Assembly (NCBI GenBank): GCA_012295275.1
Contig: CM022666.1
Location: forward strand, 186,001-250,000
Length of the DNA: 64,000 nucleotides
From: Chrysomallon squamiferum
Taxonomy: Eukaryota > Animalia > Mollusca
Reading direction: 5' to 3'
How positions within the stretch are numbered: position 1 is the stretch's first letter; each line of letters starts with the position of its first letter. Positions 1 to 15,010 of this stretch are shown here, in pieces. The notes beneath the pieces were generated by a model, which saw only the letters and a program-made list of their open reading frames with translations, was not told the origin of the DNA and made no database searches. The position numbers and the translations under genes are program-made.

Positions 1-39
1 ATTGTATGAAATGTAACATCACAATTGTGTTATTATCAG

Positions 40-1231
40 CCAAGCAGTTTTCTTCTATCTGGCTACGAGACTAACTGGACATGCAACATGGAGATGCAGC
101 CAATTGAAATAGTTCAAGGAAAGATAATTCTTCCAATAGAGACAACTCTGTCATTGAATATAAAACATTCAGCATGCACCATACTTAAAGTGGATATTGT
201 AAGTGTAATAATAATAATAACAACAATAACATGATGATGATTTTGAATCTATATTGGTACTGAATAAATACAATTTTAATAGTGACTAAATTGTTTTCCT
301 ATTTCATTCTATTGCTCTTTCTCTCCCCTTCTCCTAGTATGTTACTTTTACACAAATATGTATACACTTATAAACTATAGTGAAATCTGAATGTAGTTAT
401 CTTTTAAGATCTTGTTACTAATCATAAGAATTTTATATTTGTTATTAGTATTTTCACTTCACTTTATAATAATTTATGGTTTAAAATGTTTTTATTGTTG
501 TAGTATTTATATTGTTATTTCTTAACAGGATAATGAACTGACTCTGTTTCCTGTCTCGAGAGCTACAGATGTACTGTTCTATATACAGAAGTGGAGGTAA
601 TTGTTTAAATAGGGATCATCTCTTTTCATTCTGAAATGAATGAATACATGGGCAAAATAAATAATAAATAAAGTAATGAAAAAGAAGTACAATTTAACAT
701 AGTTTATTCATAAATAAATATGTATGCATCCACACAAACACAAATCACATATATTCAAATACACATAAACATACACGTAAAACGTAATCACACATAAACA
801 CATGTTGATTATGAAACTAAAGAAAGTGGTGTAGAAACTGATTTTATCTATTATCACATTTTCAGTGACACTGTGAAAACTGTCAGTTCAGCTATTAACA
901 AAATCACAGTGAGTTTTTTTATTTAACTGTTTTACAACAGTCTTTGTTTACTGATAGCACTGAATCTTGATTATAAATTAAAACACCTGGTGTTATTGCA
1001 GTTATGATTTTTTAAATTAGTGCTATTATTATTCTTGTCATTAGATATTGTCGTTGATAATAATAATAATTATAATGATAATGATAATAATAACAATGAT
1101 AAGAGTGATCATAATGATAATGATCATAATGATGATGATTACAATAAAAGTAATAATTATAATGGTAATAAAAGCGTAATAAGATAAATATAATTTTTTT
1201 TAATAATGTGCATGTCTGTTTGTTTTTCTTC

Positions 1232-1267
<36 letters not shown>

Positions 1268-2322
1268 ATTACTGAAGTAAATATAATTAAATATGATTGA
1301 CTTTAGGACATTAAGGATTTCTTGTCTGAGTTCAAGCTGTACAGATGGCTTCTTACATCAGAAGGTAAATATTTATGTTTATTATGTCATACGTGCCTTA
1401 TTAAAATAAACAATTTGTATATTAATATTTTATTGTATATCAGTAAGTTATTATATTACAATAATAAAACTGAAACAACATTGTAGTAATACACTGACAC
1501 CTAGTGAGTCTGAATTTCAAAATCAAGTTAGATGAGGAAATGTCATTGAAATACCCAGTATTCAGTTAGCTCTGTATCTCAATTCAAGTTTGAATTAAAA
1601 TAAACTTCAGATATTTAAATTATTTCATTTCAGATGTTTTCGTAATGCTTCGTTTTTCGTCTCTGTTTCCAAGAAAATTGTCTCTCTGTAACACAACGTT
1701 GACAACGACTCAGGTATTGGCTAATTCGTGTATTACACAGATATTTGATCTTTGAAGACAATAATCCTTCATAATGCATTTCCAGAAATGATTTGTTGTC
1801 ATTAAAATAAATAATGAAAAAAACAAAGATTCTAATATCATTCTTTAGGCTAAATCAGTGTCTTGTATACCTGTTTATATGTGTGTGTTTGTGTGTGCTT
1901 GTCATTATGTGTTTATGTGTGGGTGTGAGTGTTATACAGTATTGTGAAATATTGAAACTATTTCCAAAAGAATTTATCTTTTCAGTTTCAGTTATCTTTT
2001 TTTGTTTTTGTTTCAGGAGTATTTAGTTATTCAGTCAAACATTGAATTTTCAAAGGTGACAAATCACAAAGCTGCATCTGATGATGACATGTATCTTCAG
2101 CATGACATCATTACTAGTGATGTGACGCACAGAACAATGCAACCAGAATCATGTACTGTGCGTTACAGCAACGACAGGACTGTTGTGATAGAATTCACAG
2201 AGGCTGGTAATACTACCTCAGAACACACCAATAGTGGCAGGCAAACATCTCCTGACACTAAAGTTATTTATTTTTATTTTACTTTGTTTATTTTCTTTCT
2301 GTACAGTTGTGTAGTAATGTAA
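40..2322 (+). CDS. 3' part of an unidentified multi-exon gene with a C-terminal hydrophobic (GPI-signal/TM-like) tail; 5' end outside window
   Basis: Six GT-AG exons join without stops: 40-198, 529-596, 866-908, 1307-1364, 1634-1713, 2017-2322 (phases 0,2,0,1,0). Product PSSFLLSGYETNWTC...DNELTLFPVSRATDVLFYIQKWSDTVKTV...EYLVIQSNIEF...NSGRQTSPDTKVIYFYFTLFIFFLYSCVVM*. Family not recognised. Confidence 0.65.
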
Positions 2323-5300
2323 ATTTTACAGTTAATTATATTTATCTGTGTGTATGTCTGTAGGTATGCTTGTGTTTTGTGGAGTTGTGTGTATATATGA
2401 CCATTTCTGTATCTGTCAGTTGATGTTTGTTTGTTTCTTTCTTTGGCGTGTTTTTTGCGTGTATGTGAGTTTGTGCCTGTTTGTGTATTTGTATGTGTGT
2501 TTGTATTTCACCTCAATTTGTGATTACATGCATATGTTTTTATTTATTTGTTTATATCTGTTATCAGTACTTTATTTATTAAACTACCTTCATTTTACTT
2601 TCCTGCAGATCCAAATACCTATATATATGTATACAGTTTATTCTGGCAATAAGTATTTTGAAATTTATTTGTTTAATTGGGTGAGTCAGATGATTTTTGA
2701 AATTTAATCTTAATTATATAAATGTTATGAATATTAAAACGAACAAACAAACAAAAAATAAATGAATCTGACAATTTTTATGTATAATCGTAATCTTCTT
2801 AGGTCATTTCAAAACAAGTTTTTTTTTTAAATTTTTTTTTTTTTTTTTTATGGTTTTTCAAAATATTTTAGAAATGAGAAATTCTGTATTATGTCAAACA
2901 TCTTTCTAAATATGTATCTACATTTGTAAAATTTGTTCTTGTTTAATATACGTGGTAGTTTATTATGTGAAATATAAATAGAATCATAAATATGATTGCT
3001 TATGTGCATAAATTAATTAATATTAATATACATTTTTAATTATGTATGTGCCAAATTTAAAAAATGTATAATACATATGGTGGAAATATTTATATACATG
3101 TTTTGGAACTGTGTCTTTCCATGATCTGTTTGTTGGTCTGTGTGTCCATTTAACATTTAATTTTTGTTTTTCAAAAAGCTTACACTAATAATTGCACTTT
3201 AGTTTATTTGTGTCCGTTTGTCTTGCTATAAATACTAAATGAATAAAATAAAAGGATGCATAAACATGTATATGTAGAGCAAAACTGATGTTAAATTAAT
3301 GATGCAGCAAAGTCATACTTATGTAGGCAGATAGATATTAATGTCCATTTAAATATTTATATGAACTTATTTTATTATCTTGTTTTTTATTATTATTTAC
3401 ATTGTGCATTTAGACATTTGATGTTTCATGTGTATGTGACAGTCTGTGTGTACATATGTACATGTGGGTGTGTTAAATAATTCAGGTTAAGTTACTATGG
3501 TTGCAATTGTTTTCACATTTTTTATTTTATGGGTTGTTTTTTGTATTAAACCTACCTCCAGTATTTACAATCCTTTATCCGTAATAACGAAATCCAGAAA
3601 AAAAAGAAAATAAAACTTTTGGGTATATTATCTCTCACAGAAAGACAATTTCATTTGTTGCAGTTGAAACTTGGATGTTACACTGATAGACCATATTTAT
3701 AATATACTATGGTTTCAATTATTCTTAGATGTCTGAAATACAAACCTGACAATTCCAGGTTATATCTTTTCACAGAGTGTCTTCCTTTCAATGGGTAGGC
3801 ACACTTTTATTATTTGGTGGCAGTGGATTTCATCTCATTAATAATTGTTTATCACTAATTACAGGTACAACATCTTGTAATGATAAAATCCCGTTCCAAC
3901 ATGTTTACACAGTATGATACAACTTCTTTCGTCCATGGGAAGGTGCACATAAAAACATGTTATTGTTTTATATCTCGATCATACTCCAGTTAAAGAACTG
4001 TCTCATTTAAGTATAATTTTATTATTTAGGTCAGTATTCAGTTACTGTTTAATTTTACAGTGAACATGTATCAAGCAGCAACAACAGCAAGAATAAAACA
4101 AAATACTACCCCGACATACTAGAGGTAGAAGTAATAATAATAATAATGACAGATGATTATTTTGTTATTGCTGCTGTTGAAACTGTGTTAATGACATAAT
4201 ACGTATTCTTTTTTTTTATTTATTTATTTATTTATTTATTTATTTTGGATGACATGAAACTGATTTATACATTTATACAATTTACTTATAGAATTATTAG
4301 TCACTTTAGTGTCTTCCTTTTACAATGTAATAGTGCTCAGTTTTTATAATAAAAATACTCACAGAAATTCGTAGTAAGATTTGATATAGTGTTTACAACA
4401 GTATTAGCCCTTTTATTGTATTTATTAAATTGTACATCTACGATGTTCCAACTCACAGCCAAAGTAATAAATTAAATATATACGCACAGCAATCTCAGAA
4501 ACCGGACGCAGGTTCGGACTATGAATAAATGTGAAAAAAAGGACGGCTTTGTATTCGTAACGGAAATGTTAGTTTTTCATACTAGTCAAATATTAAGTTT
4601 GTTTAAAACAGTAATTTTAAATAAACTGCTATTAGATAAATGTTTTAAAATATTTGGGTATAAAAACGTCTGCGGTCCAAATTACTATACGGGTCAGACT
4701 GATTTGACAACGTAGAATATATTTGCGGACATCCGTACGTAATTTGGATGCCCAGGGAAGTGATATTAAAATCTAAAACACGCGCGAAGTACTTAAATAA
4801 TTTAATGTTACGTACTTACATACTTTACATATATTATCTAAATTATTTTTACATTGCTAATAATGGTCGTTTTATTTCTTCGTAATTGAAGCATATATTG
4901 CTTGTATGAACGACAAGCCTGATATTTAGAATAGGCCCTGCTGATTATATTTTATTTCGTTAAAATAAGCCTGTATTGCTGAGAACAAATAGCCTAAATG
5001 CCTTTGGTATAATTCCATGGTGTTATTTTAATTACACTCCAGATAAGCCATTGATCTCACATCCTTAAAAAACACACACACACACACACACACACCGTCA
5101 TTTACAAAAGAACATATGTATGTAGTCAGCTGGATTGAAAACGAATGTAGACTTGGCAGCAGCGTTTTTTGTGTTCGTTGTGTTTAAAATTGAATCATCT
5201 ATGTATACTATAATATACGTCTTGTGCTTAACATTTTACATGTGTTATAATGTAAAGGATGTAACATACTGTTTACTGTGTTCTGCTTCTGCTACTACTA

Positions 5301-7108
5301 CGATGACCACTAAATAACTTCAAAAGTATGTTGCTTTATTTACAGTTGTTTCTGCTTCTGCTATTGTTTTCACCACTACTACTGCTACTACTAATATTTT
5401 GTTACTACTGCTATTACTATTATATTACTATTACTACTATTACTATTATAATTGTTGTAATATACTACTTCTACTACTACTATTACTATTGCTATAGTTA
5501 TTGCAGTAATTACAAAATTTATTACTAGTACTTATACTTTTGCTACTACTATTACTTTTATTATTATAAATCTATTAGTGCTTGTTATTTTTCTGAACGA
5601 GAATTTGTGCATGACCTTTCAGAACTGCAATAAAGAATTAATAAATTTTAGTTTTCTTGTTATTCACAGTTGTACTGTTTGATTATCATATATATTTAAA
5701 TGTTGTTTAAACGTTAATGGAGAAAATTAAATGAATGAATATTTAACATTTTAACTCACTTTAACAGTAATAATGGTTATTGTATGTTATCATACGTGAA
5801 CTTGTATAATGATGATATACAAAAAGAAACCCGTCAATCGAAGGATTGCTGTTACATTTGTAGCAAGTCTTTTTTATAGTTTCTAGTACACACACATATA
5901 TACATACATACATATGCACATTTATGTATGTCCCTACGTACATAACTTCCTACATTTATTACACACACACACATTTTTTTTTTTTTTTTTAAATTTCCTA
6001 TCAGTTTAATGAATATAAATCATATTCTCACTATTGATTACGGTTTTTCAAAAACCCTGGTTTAATATGTCTATTTAGTTCTGTGTGATTCCGTTGTGTT
6101 GAGTAATAGAAACTTTCTTGAGAGTCAAAAATTGTATTTTCAGTTCTCAACGAGATCCGGCGAGATTTGATATCTCATTGAGTTGTCTGACAGATTCCGG
6201 AAACATATTTTCGAGAATCGCGTCACAAAATCGCTCCCTTCTTTCGATGAGCACCTACTTCCGTTTAAATGACAGTAGTTATTGTTCTCAATTGAGTTGA
6301 CGGTTTGTTGTTGAATGAACGGAGGTCAGTGAGTTAATGAGTAATACAAAGATGATGAATAACCACTTTACGAGTTCTAGAAGTGTAACCCACTTTCTTG
6401 ACTCTATTCCGTTTGTCCATGTTTCTATACATTAATCCTGTTTATATGTGTCTCTGTTTTTGACTTTCGTTTCTCTCTCTCTCTAGTCTTCGCTTTATCT
6501 CCTTCTCTCTCATTCCCTCAAGTTTTCTATTTTCATTTTATTAAAGACTATTAGACTTAAGATTTTATTTTTATTTTTTTTGTGCACCACCTATTTTCTT
6601 GTCACGTTTATACAAGATGGATTAAGAGGTCACCTAAACAAATAATATTATATTCGTTATTAAAAGTTATTAACTTTAATTTAGTTAAACTCCGCGCAAA
6701 GATACCACAGTATCCCAAGTCTTGATTCATAGTCGAATTTAATAACAAGACGTCGCACACGAATACAGACAGACATATAGAGAAACATATATACACATAT
6801 ACACACAAACACATACACATATAGCGACACGACACTGACATAAATACGAACAAATACAAAACAAATATAAACACACATTCACAACTATATATAAAAACAG
6901 AAAGTAAGACATTAAAATACATCCCCAGGCAATAAAAATAATTTAATAATAATGTAAATAATGGTAAATAATAATGATAATGATAATGATAATGATGATG
7001 ATAATAATAATAAACAGCAGATCCCCCATACCCTACAACCCCAGCTGTCCCGAACAGTTCACTTACATTTAACTCTGGTTTAAACAATAGAAAACAAATG
7101 ACAGAAAA

Positions 7109-7170
7109 CCGGAAGCAACCTCTCAGACAGACTATAAAAACAAACAGTGGATGTCGCTCGATTTCAGTTT
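7109..7170 (+). promoter_or_regulatory. Core promoter of serpin 1 (ETS-like site, TATA box, initiator)
   Basis: CCGGAAG at 7109-7115, TATAAAA at 7133-7139 and Inr-like TCAGTT at 7164-7169 (~30 nt after the TATA), ~60 nt upstream of the ATG at 7228. Confidence 0.55.
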
Positions 7171-7227
7171 CTAGATTCAGTGACTGATTCCAAGAGAACA
7201 TTTATGAATGGTGTTCATCTTTCAAAG

Positions 7228-8400
7228 ATGGAATTTACTACGCTGTCAGTGATTGTGAGCTGTTTTGTCTTGTGCAGTGACGTCAGAGGTAAGTTAAAGA
7301 AAGAGATGAAATACCTGTTACTGCAATCCAGTCTATCAATCTGTTTATTTTCGTGTTTGCATTTCCGGCTGTTTGTCTGTCTATTTTTATGTCTTTCAGT
7401 CTACTGATTATCTATCTATCTGTCTGTTTCTATGGATGTTTGTTAGTATTTTTACGGTGTATATATAACAATTTCATTATTTAAATCCAATCATACATCA
7501 ATCAAACAATAAATCAATAAATCTATTTACTTTCAGCAGCAGACGAACATCCATATTTAACTGGATTCCACCTGACAATGATGTCGCGGTCGTCTGACCA
7601 TTTCGCTTTGAAAATGTATAAAAATCTGGGAGCAAACGAAAGCAACATTTTGTTTTCACCTCTGAGCATGTTATCAGCCCTTATCGATGACGTACACCGG
7701 CGCAAGCGGTAGGACAGCCGGCCAGTTAAAAAAAGCCTTAGAAATGAAGCTCATGCAACGAACAGAAATAATGCAAGGCTTCAAAGTACTGGTGTCTGAA
7801 ATGAAGAAGGAAGGAAACGCTAATATATCTCTCGAAAATGGTGTTTTCGCCAGTGAAAAGTATCCCTTTAATGAGAAGATCATCAAAGAAATTTCGCAAT
7901 GTTTCGGGGCAAAGATAAAGAACATGAAATTTAAAAACAAACGAAGACCTGGGCAAGAAGTCAACAGTTTTGTTAAAAAGGCAACGCGGGGCCTGATAGC
8001 CGAAATACTTCCACCGAACTACATCGCCCCGCTGAACGCCTTGTATCTGGTAAACGCTGTCTACTTCCAGGCTTCATGGGAGTCCTCCTTTCCAAAGATC
8101 AACACACGCGTCACCGACTTCTACATTTCACCAACAGAAAAACGAAAAACTGAGATGATGAACCAAGTAAATTACTTCCGTTGTGCGTACTTCGCCTCTT
8201 TGAAATCACTCATGTTGGAGTTACCTTTCCGTGGTAACAGGTATGCCCTCTACATTTTGCTTCCGGATGCACTGGACGGACTCAACGATTTGAGAAAACG
8301 ATTAACCTATCTGAAATTTTCCAGTTTGTTCAACAGACTGGGGTCGTCCTACCGAATAGATGTAAGTTTTATTTGAAAAAATTATTTAATTTAATTAATT

Positions 8401-8451
<51 letters not shown>

Positions 8452-8707
8452 GTTTTGTTTTGTTTTTGTTGTTGTTTTTTCTTTTATGCGCTAGTTATAA
8501 GAATTTTTATGTAAAACTTGACCCAACTCTTCGAAAACCTTTTCACTGGAGATGATTCGACTGAACTGTTTTGGGGTACTAGCTTGAATGGGGACAGTCA
8601 AAGATTATTGATTAGTTCTTTATCATACACCCAGCCAGTTTAACCATCTGTTCAATTTCTAATTAACTGATTCAGTACCTAATTAATAAACATATTGATA
8701 AATCGGC

Positions 8708-8754
<47 letters not shown>

Positions 8755-9400
8755 TATATATGTATGCATGTATGTATGTATAGATTTCCCTATGTTTTCT
8801 GGGTTGTTGTTGTTATTGGTAAACAGCGATGTTGTAGAGTTTTGTGTCTCACACACAGATGTTTTCTGAATTTTAATACTTTACTGTATAATTATAATAT
8901 TTTCAAAAACATATTTATGACATGGAAAATATATATATATATTCTAGCCTATCGAGTTAACGGTATCGACTATAATTATTCAAAGTTTAATAAATCAGGC
9001 AGGCATGGGTCCTTGAAATCCTTCTGATCAATCTGCCTGTCTCTCTGTATATATGTCTGTCTGTCTGTTTACATCTGTCTAAACATTAATGGCGTGAACA
9101 CAAATTATGATCAAGTGAATTTCTGTGATCGTTGCAACTGACTAATGTTGTTTTTTTAATCTATTCTAATTCTTCTTTTTTTTTTTTTTTTTTATTCTGC
9201 TATTGTTTGGCTAGTAATTTAGAATAAAGTTACATTCTGATTTATTCCTGTGTTCTTTTTCGTGACATTAATTAATTAATTAATTAATATTTAATGCTAT
9301 CATCGTCTTCAATATTATCTTAATAAAATAAAATTTAATTTAATTTATTTTTATTTAATTTAAGTTTGCTTCATTTAATTAATTACGTTGTTTTATTTTG

Positions 9401-9433
<33 letters not shown>

Positions 9434-9923
9434 ATTTTATTTTATTTCGTTTTTGTGGCGCAACTCTAGATTTTGAAAATAATTTTTACATTAAATTGGA
9501 ACGATTATTCCTGCTATATTGCAGGTGACTCTGCCAAAGTTCAGTCTGTCAGAAAGCATGGATATGAAGAGTGTACTGAAAACTCTGGGAATTAAAAAGA
9601 TTTTCAGTAAAAAAAAAGCTGATTTCTCGCGACTCGATAAAAGCAGAAAGTTGTTTGTCGACAAAGTTCAGCAACAGGTAAACGAATATGTTTTAATCCC
9701 ATTTTTGTCTTTTTAAATCCTGTTCTAACTTGTTCGATAGTAAAAGAAATTAAAAAGAAATCTGGTGATTTCTACTTGAAAATCAATAGATTTGTTAAAA
9801 AAAAAAAAAATCCACTTTCTTACGTTAAGTTAATTAGAATCACAGATTAATTTTTAGAAAGTTCTTAATTTATATGATGCTATAAAGATGTTGTAATATA
9901 GTTGAACATTTCTCTATGTTACT

Positions 9924-9997
<74 letters not shown>

Positions 9998-10336
9998 CCT
10001 CATTTTTATTTTTATTTAATATTACCATATAATTTTGTTGTTGTTATTAGTTAACACAGGAAATGATATGAATAAGTGTATAATATTACCACTGGAAATT
10101 TTGTCTTCAATTACCATATATAATAATTCCTTTATTGTTTCTCCTTTATTTATTTATTTACTTACTTACTTACTTACTTATTCATTTACTTACTTATTAA
10201 TTAATTAATTAAATAAATTTACTTACTTACTTACTTACTTACTTATTTAGTTATTTATTTATTTACTTTCGAATTTATTTATTTATTTATTTATTTATTT
10301 ACTTTTTTCGAATTTATTTATTTATATATCTGTCTG

Positions 10337-10383
<47 letters not shown>

Positions 10384-10564
10384 GTCTGTCTGTCTGTCTA
10401 TCTATATGTCTGTCTATCTATCTATCTGTCTGTCTGTCTGTCTGTCTATCTATATGTCTGTCTATCTATCTGTCTGTCTATCTATCTGTCTGTCTGTCTG
10501 TCTGTCTATCTGTCTGTCTGTCTATATGTCTGTCTATCTATCTATCTGTCTGTCTGTCTATCTA

Positions 10565-10595
<31 letters not shown>

Positions 10596-10612
10596 GTATG
10601 TCTGGCTGTCTA

Positions 10613-10704
<92 letters not shown>

Positions 10705-11031
10705 TCTATCTGTCTGTCTGTCTATCTGTCTGTCTGTCTGTCTATCTGTCTATCTATCTGTCTATCTATCTATCTGTCTATCTATCTGTCTATCTATCTA
10801 TCTATCTATTCTAGGCTGTCCTGTCGATAGATGAATTTGGGGCTGAGGGTGCTGCTGCTTCCTATGCTGGATTTGTGATGCGTTCAAGGCCGGAAGAGGT
10901 AACTTGTGATCACCCGTTCATGTTTGTTCTGAGGGACAAGATTAGTGGTGTGTCACTCTTCATGGGGCAGTTCACTGGACCAGAACCGAGGTTCTCCGGG
11001 TTAGTAATATATTCAGATAATTACAAAATAA

Positions 11032-11042
<11 letters not shown>
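7228..11042 (+). CDS. Secreted serpin 1 (serine protease inhibitor, predicted P1 Arg); carries a +1 frameshift at 7678-7680 (sequencing error or pseudogene)
   Basis: Exons 7228-7288 (signal peptide [20 protein letters not shown]), 7537-8361, 9525-9677, 10815-11042. Serpin motifs [44 protein letters not shown], hinge/[22 protein letters not shown]|[19 protein letters not shown]. An extra C in GCCC separates the frame of FSPLSMLSA from that of [10 protein letters not shown]. Confidence 0.9.
10325..10810. repeat. Compound (TCTA)n/(TCTG)n tetranucleotide microsatellite, ~490 bp
   Basis: Directly visible; runs into the AG acceptor (10813-10814) of the serpin 1 reactive-loop exon. Confidence 0.95.
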
Positions 11043-11067
<25 letters not shown>

Positions 11068-11183
11068 GATGATGATAATAATACTACTAATAATAATACA
11101 AGAAACGAAGAAGAAGACGAAGAAGAAGAAGAATTAAACACATTTAATAAACAACAACAAGAACAACTATCTCATAATAATAA

Positions 11184-11249
<66 letters not shown>

Positions 11250-12073
11250 ATAATAATAAAATAAATAAGATAAAATAAGATAAAATAATAATAAAATATA
11301 AACAGAAACAAATAAAATAAAACGATGATGATGATAATGATGACGACGACGATGACAAACAACAACAAGGTAATTGTACAATATTTATATTACCATAATG
11401 CACAATTTGGATTTTATGAATGATATTTAAATATTAATTCATTAATTTACATTGAACATAAGCCAGATTATAATAAAATTATATTAAATGCTCATCATTC
11501 ATATTATGATAACCACCATCATGGTCGTCGTTGTTGTTTATCTCTGACATTATTACGTGATTCAGGATAGACATAGCAGTATTTCATAATTACAATTTAC
11601 ACAACCAACACTTGAAGTCAAATTAGACTTAATTTATATTCTTCTGTGTATGTATGTGTGTATGTATGTATGTTTCCATGTATGTATGTATGTATGTATG
11701 TATTGAATAATAGTAGTAATAATAATAATAATAATAATCACAATATAAGTGATGATGATGATGTCGATAATGATGATGGTGATGATGATGATGATTATAA
11801 TAATAACAATAATAATAACAACACTAAAAGTGATAGTGATAATGATATAAGGTCTGCATATTAATATTATAAATTTTTTTTTTTTTTTTTTTAAATAAAT
11901 GAAAGCACCGCTTGAACGTGCGGAAACACATGTTGAATCGTTTAGAAACCGAAATAACTTCACAACAGCTGGAGTCATTATAAAGTTTACAAACTACGTT
12001 AATCTGCGTTTTAACTTAGTTTGTGAATACTAAAAAAAAAGATTTAAAAAAAAGGCGAAATACTGATTTAATT

Positions 12074-12150
<77 letters not shown>

Positions 12151-12544
12151 ATTAAAATAAATAAATTAATTAATAAATGTATCTTTAAAAGCCATTATAC
12201 GTTATATGTTTCTAAGTTTGGTAATACACGGTAGTATGTTAGGAATAGTATGTAATAGTGGTATTAGTGTTAATATTAGCAGTAGCTGCATGAAGGAAAT
12301 AATAATTATAGTAGTAGTAGTAGTAGCAGCAGTAAAAAAGTAATAATGCTGTTTTCTTGTCTTTTTAGTGTACTGTTTACGTCATGTCGTGGATACAAAT
12401 TATGGCCAATTTAAATTTATTTGTCACGTTAGATTAATAAACTGTCATACTCACGGTAATACATTTATTTTCGGTCACATTTTAATTTCTGTTAACAGTT
12501 ATGAAATTAAATGTGTACGTGCGAGAAGGGAATCGGTAGACTCC

Positions 12545-12581
12545 ATGCTTCTATGCTTTATTATCATTAACTTCATTATGA
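12545..12581 (+). CDS. Candidate signal-peptide exon of serpin 2
   Basis: ATG at 12545 gives MLLCFIIINFIM with a phase-1 donor (A|GTAAAT) that joins in frame to exon 15011 (MLLCFIIINFIMNCETKS...). The peptide is short and other first exons are possible. Confidence 0.45.
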
Positions 12582-12756
12582 GTAAATGGTTGTTCTCTGA
12601 CTATACAAAAACAACTCAGCACACCAAATACATAGAGTTAACGATACGGATCTTGAATATTAAAGAAAAGAAAGAAAAAAAGACGAACAAAAGGCTAGTT
12701 TCAAGCTCCATAACAACAATCAAAACTTAAAAAAACACTTAAAAATACTTAATAAA

Positions 12757-12790
<34 letters not shown>

Positions 12791-14096
12791 GTAAAATAAA
12801 TCGAAAACACTACAAAGTTATTATGTTTTTGATAATAAAGCTAGATTCTTATAAATAAATAAATGAATAAATAACAATTAAAGAAACAGGACAACTAAAA
12901 TATATTTCATCATTTTAACTGCCGACTTGACGTTTAAACGATTCCAATATGGCGATATCTGACGTCATAAAACGAAAAATCTGATGATCTGACAATCAAG
13001 GCTAAGTTTTATACAAATATCTGTCAGAGTTATCTGATTGTACTTTAAGTAATGAGTTGTTAACCTCGTTCTCATGTCAAGTGTTATATATATGTAATCA
13101 GTGACCATGAACCGGTGGTCTTCCTAAGTTGGTTTGTCAGTGCTGCGATAGAAATTAAATTTGACGGCTTTTAAATGAATTATTTCTAGCATAATTCGGT
13201 CAGTAGGGGGTGGGATAATTTGAGCCTTTAATTATGAAAGTTATAGAGTACAAATGGTTCGGTAGTATGTAAATAGAAATACCGATAAACAAGACAAACA
13301 CAAGACAATGAATCAGTTAAACACATACACATATACACGTAGATATATATCTTTTCGATCTTTTTTTCTTATATAGAGATAGATTAGATAAAGAGTACCT
13401 ACTGATGATCGAAAAAGAGCATCACGTGTAAACCCATTAATAAAAGTTCTGAGTGTGTGGTTAACCGAAACATTTCCTTCGTTACTCTTAGCTCACATTA
13501 AACCAAGTTAGGACTGGTCGCTCTTCTAGACTTAAAACTCGTTAACAACTTTTATGAATGGTACTTAAAGATTACGACCAGAAAAATACGGTCTTATCAA
13601 TAGGTCTCGATAACGCTAGATGTAGTTTCAAGAAAGCACGCGTACTGTCAAGTGTCTGTGCAATCGACCGTAAATTAACTGTTGTTGGTTCGGTCGTTGG
13701 CTTTCAGAGAGATGTAATTATTTCGCTGAAGGTTAGAGAGGGAGAAAACGTTGTTCTAAGATGACTACAATATCAAAGCTATTGGTTGGAGTACTGATAA
13801 TTGCGCTTATTGTAAATGAATGTGAGTATGCTTTAATTATAGTACAATCAAATTCGTAACTTCCACAGATGGATGGATGGATGGATAAATGAGAATTGGA
13901 TGGATAGATGAATTGCTGCTGCCTGACGATCAGATAATTAGATTATATATAATAATGACTGTAATTCTGAATGTTCTATAGACAGACATGAAAAAACAAC
14001 AACAATGTCAGTAGGTAAATAAGCCTTGATTTTCTGCCTTGATTAACGAGAGATAGAGATAATAGATAGAGAGAAAGAGATGAATTATTCATATTG

Positions 14097-14135
<39 letters not shown>

Positions 14136-14469
14136 AACAGATTTAATAACTGCTTTGAAGGTATTGTTTTAATCAATTTATATGTAAAAGTAAAAAATAT
14201 TCAGTAACTGATATAAAACTAAAGTCAGTCCGTGTATGAGCATATTACATAATGTCCCGGTAATTTCGCTTGTTGTTTGAAAAGTCCTGTTTATTAAATC
14301 TGTATTAAAGGTTTAATCAGTAAACCTATTACAATACGATGTATGTTTAGACATATATACAAAAACCTGTTATCTTACTTCGTGTCTAGCCACTAGCTCG
14401 CCCAGACAGTAATCTGGGATTATAAACTGTTCAGCCCAGCGCGCACCGCTCTTTATAGATATATATATG

Positions 14470-14493
14470 TACACACACATGCACGCACACACA

Positions 14494-14533
<40 letters not shown>

Positions 14534-14700
14534 GACATACACACAGACACACACACGCACGCACACACATACACACACACACACACACACGCACGCACAC
14601 ACACACAGACACACACACACAAATACACACACACGCACACACACATACACACACATACAGATACACACACAGACACGCACACACACACACACACATATAT
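14470..14700. repeat. Imperfect (CA)n microsatellite
   Basis: Directly visible; explains the low-complexity CV/HT ORFs at 14370-14904. Confidence 0.95.
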
Positions 14701-14943
14701 ATATACAGACATGCACATCTACATACAAACAGATATATGCTCACTTACATGTATGTACCCTGTGTTTCATTTGTTAATACAATGAATTGGTTCCTGTACA
14801 TTGCCTGGACACAGATTCACCTGAGCCAGTCGCTGTGCTTGTTAATAAACCAAACATATCAAGCTGTAGTAAATAAATGTAATAATAATAAAACAATGAA
14901 TTAACAACAACAAAAATAATAATAGACGTAATAAATAGATAGA

Positions 14944-14974
<31 letters not shown>

Positions 14975-15010
14975 ATATATAAGTAAATATTTATTTGTTT
15001 ATCTTTTCAG

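Noticed and set aside
4480-6310. Short GC-richer patches with small inverted matches (4480-4720, 6140-6300) as MITEs
   Set aside because: The inverted matches are too short and no target-site duplication is evident.
11000-11630. Extra 3' exon for serpin 1 via donor GTTAGT at 11000 and an acceptor near 11565
   Set aside because: The serpin fold is already complete and an in-frame stop follows at 11040-11042; nothing in the sequence requires it.
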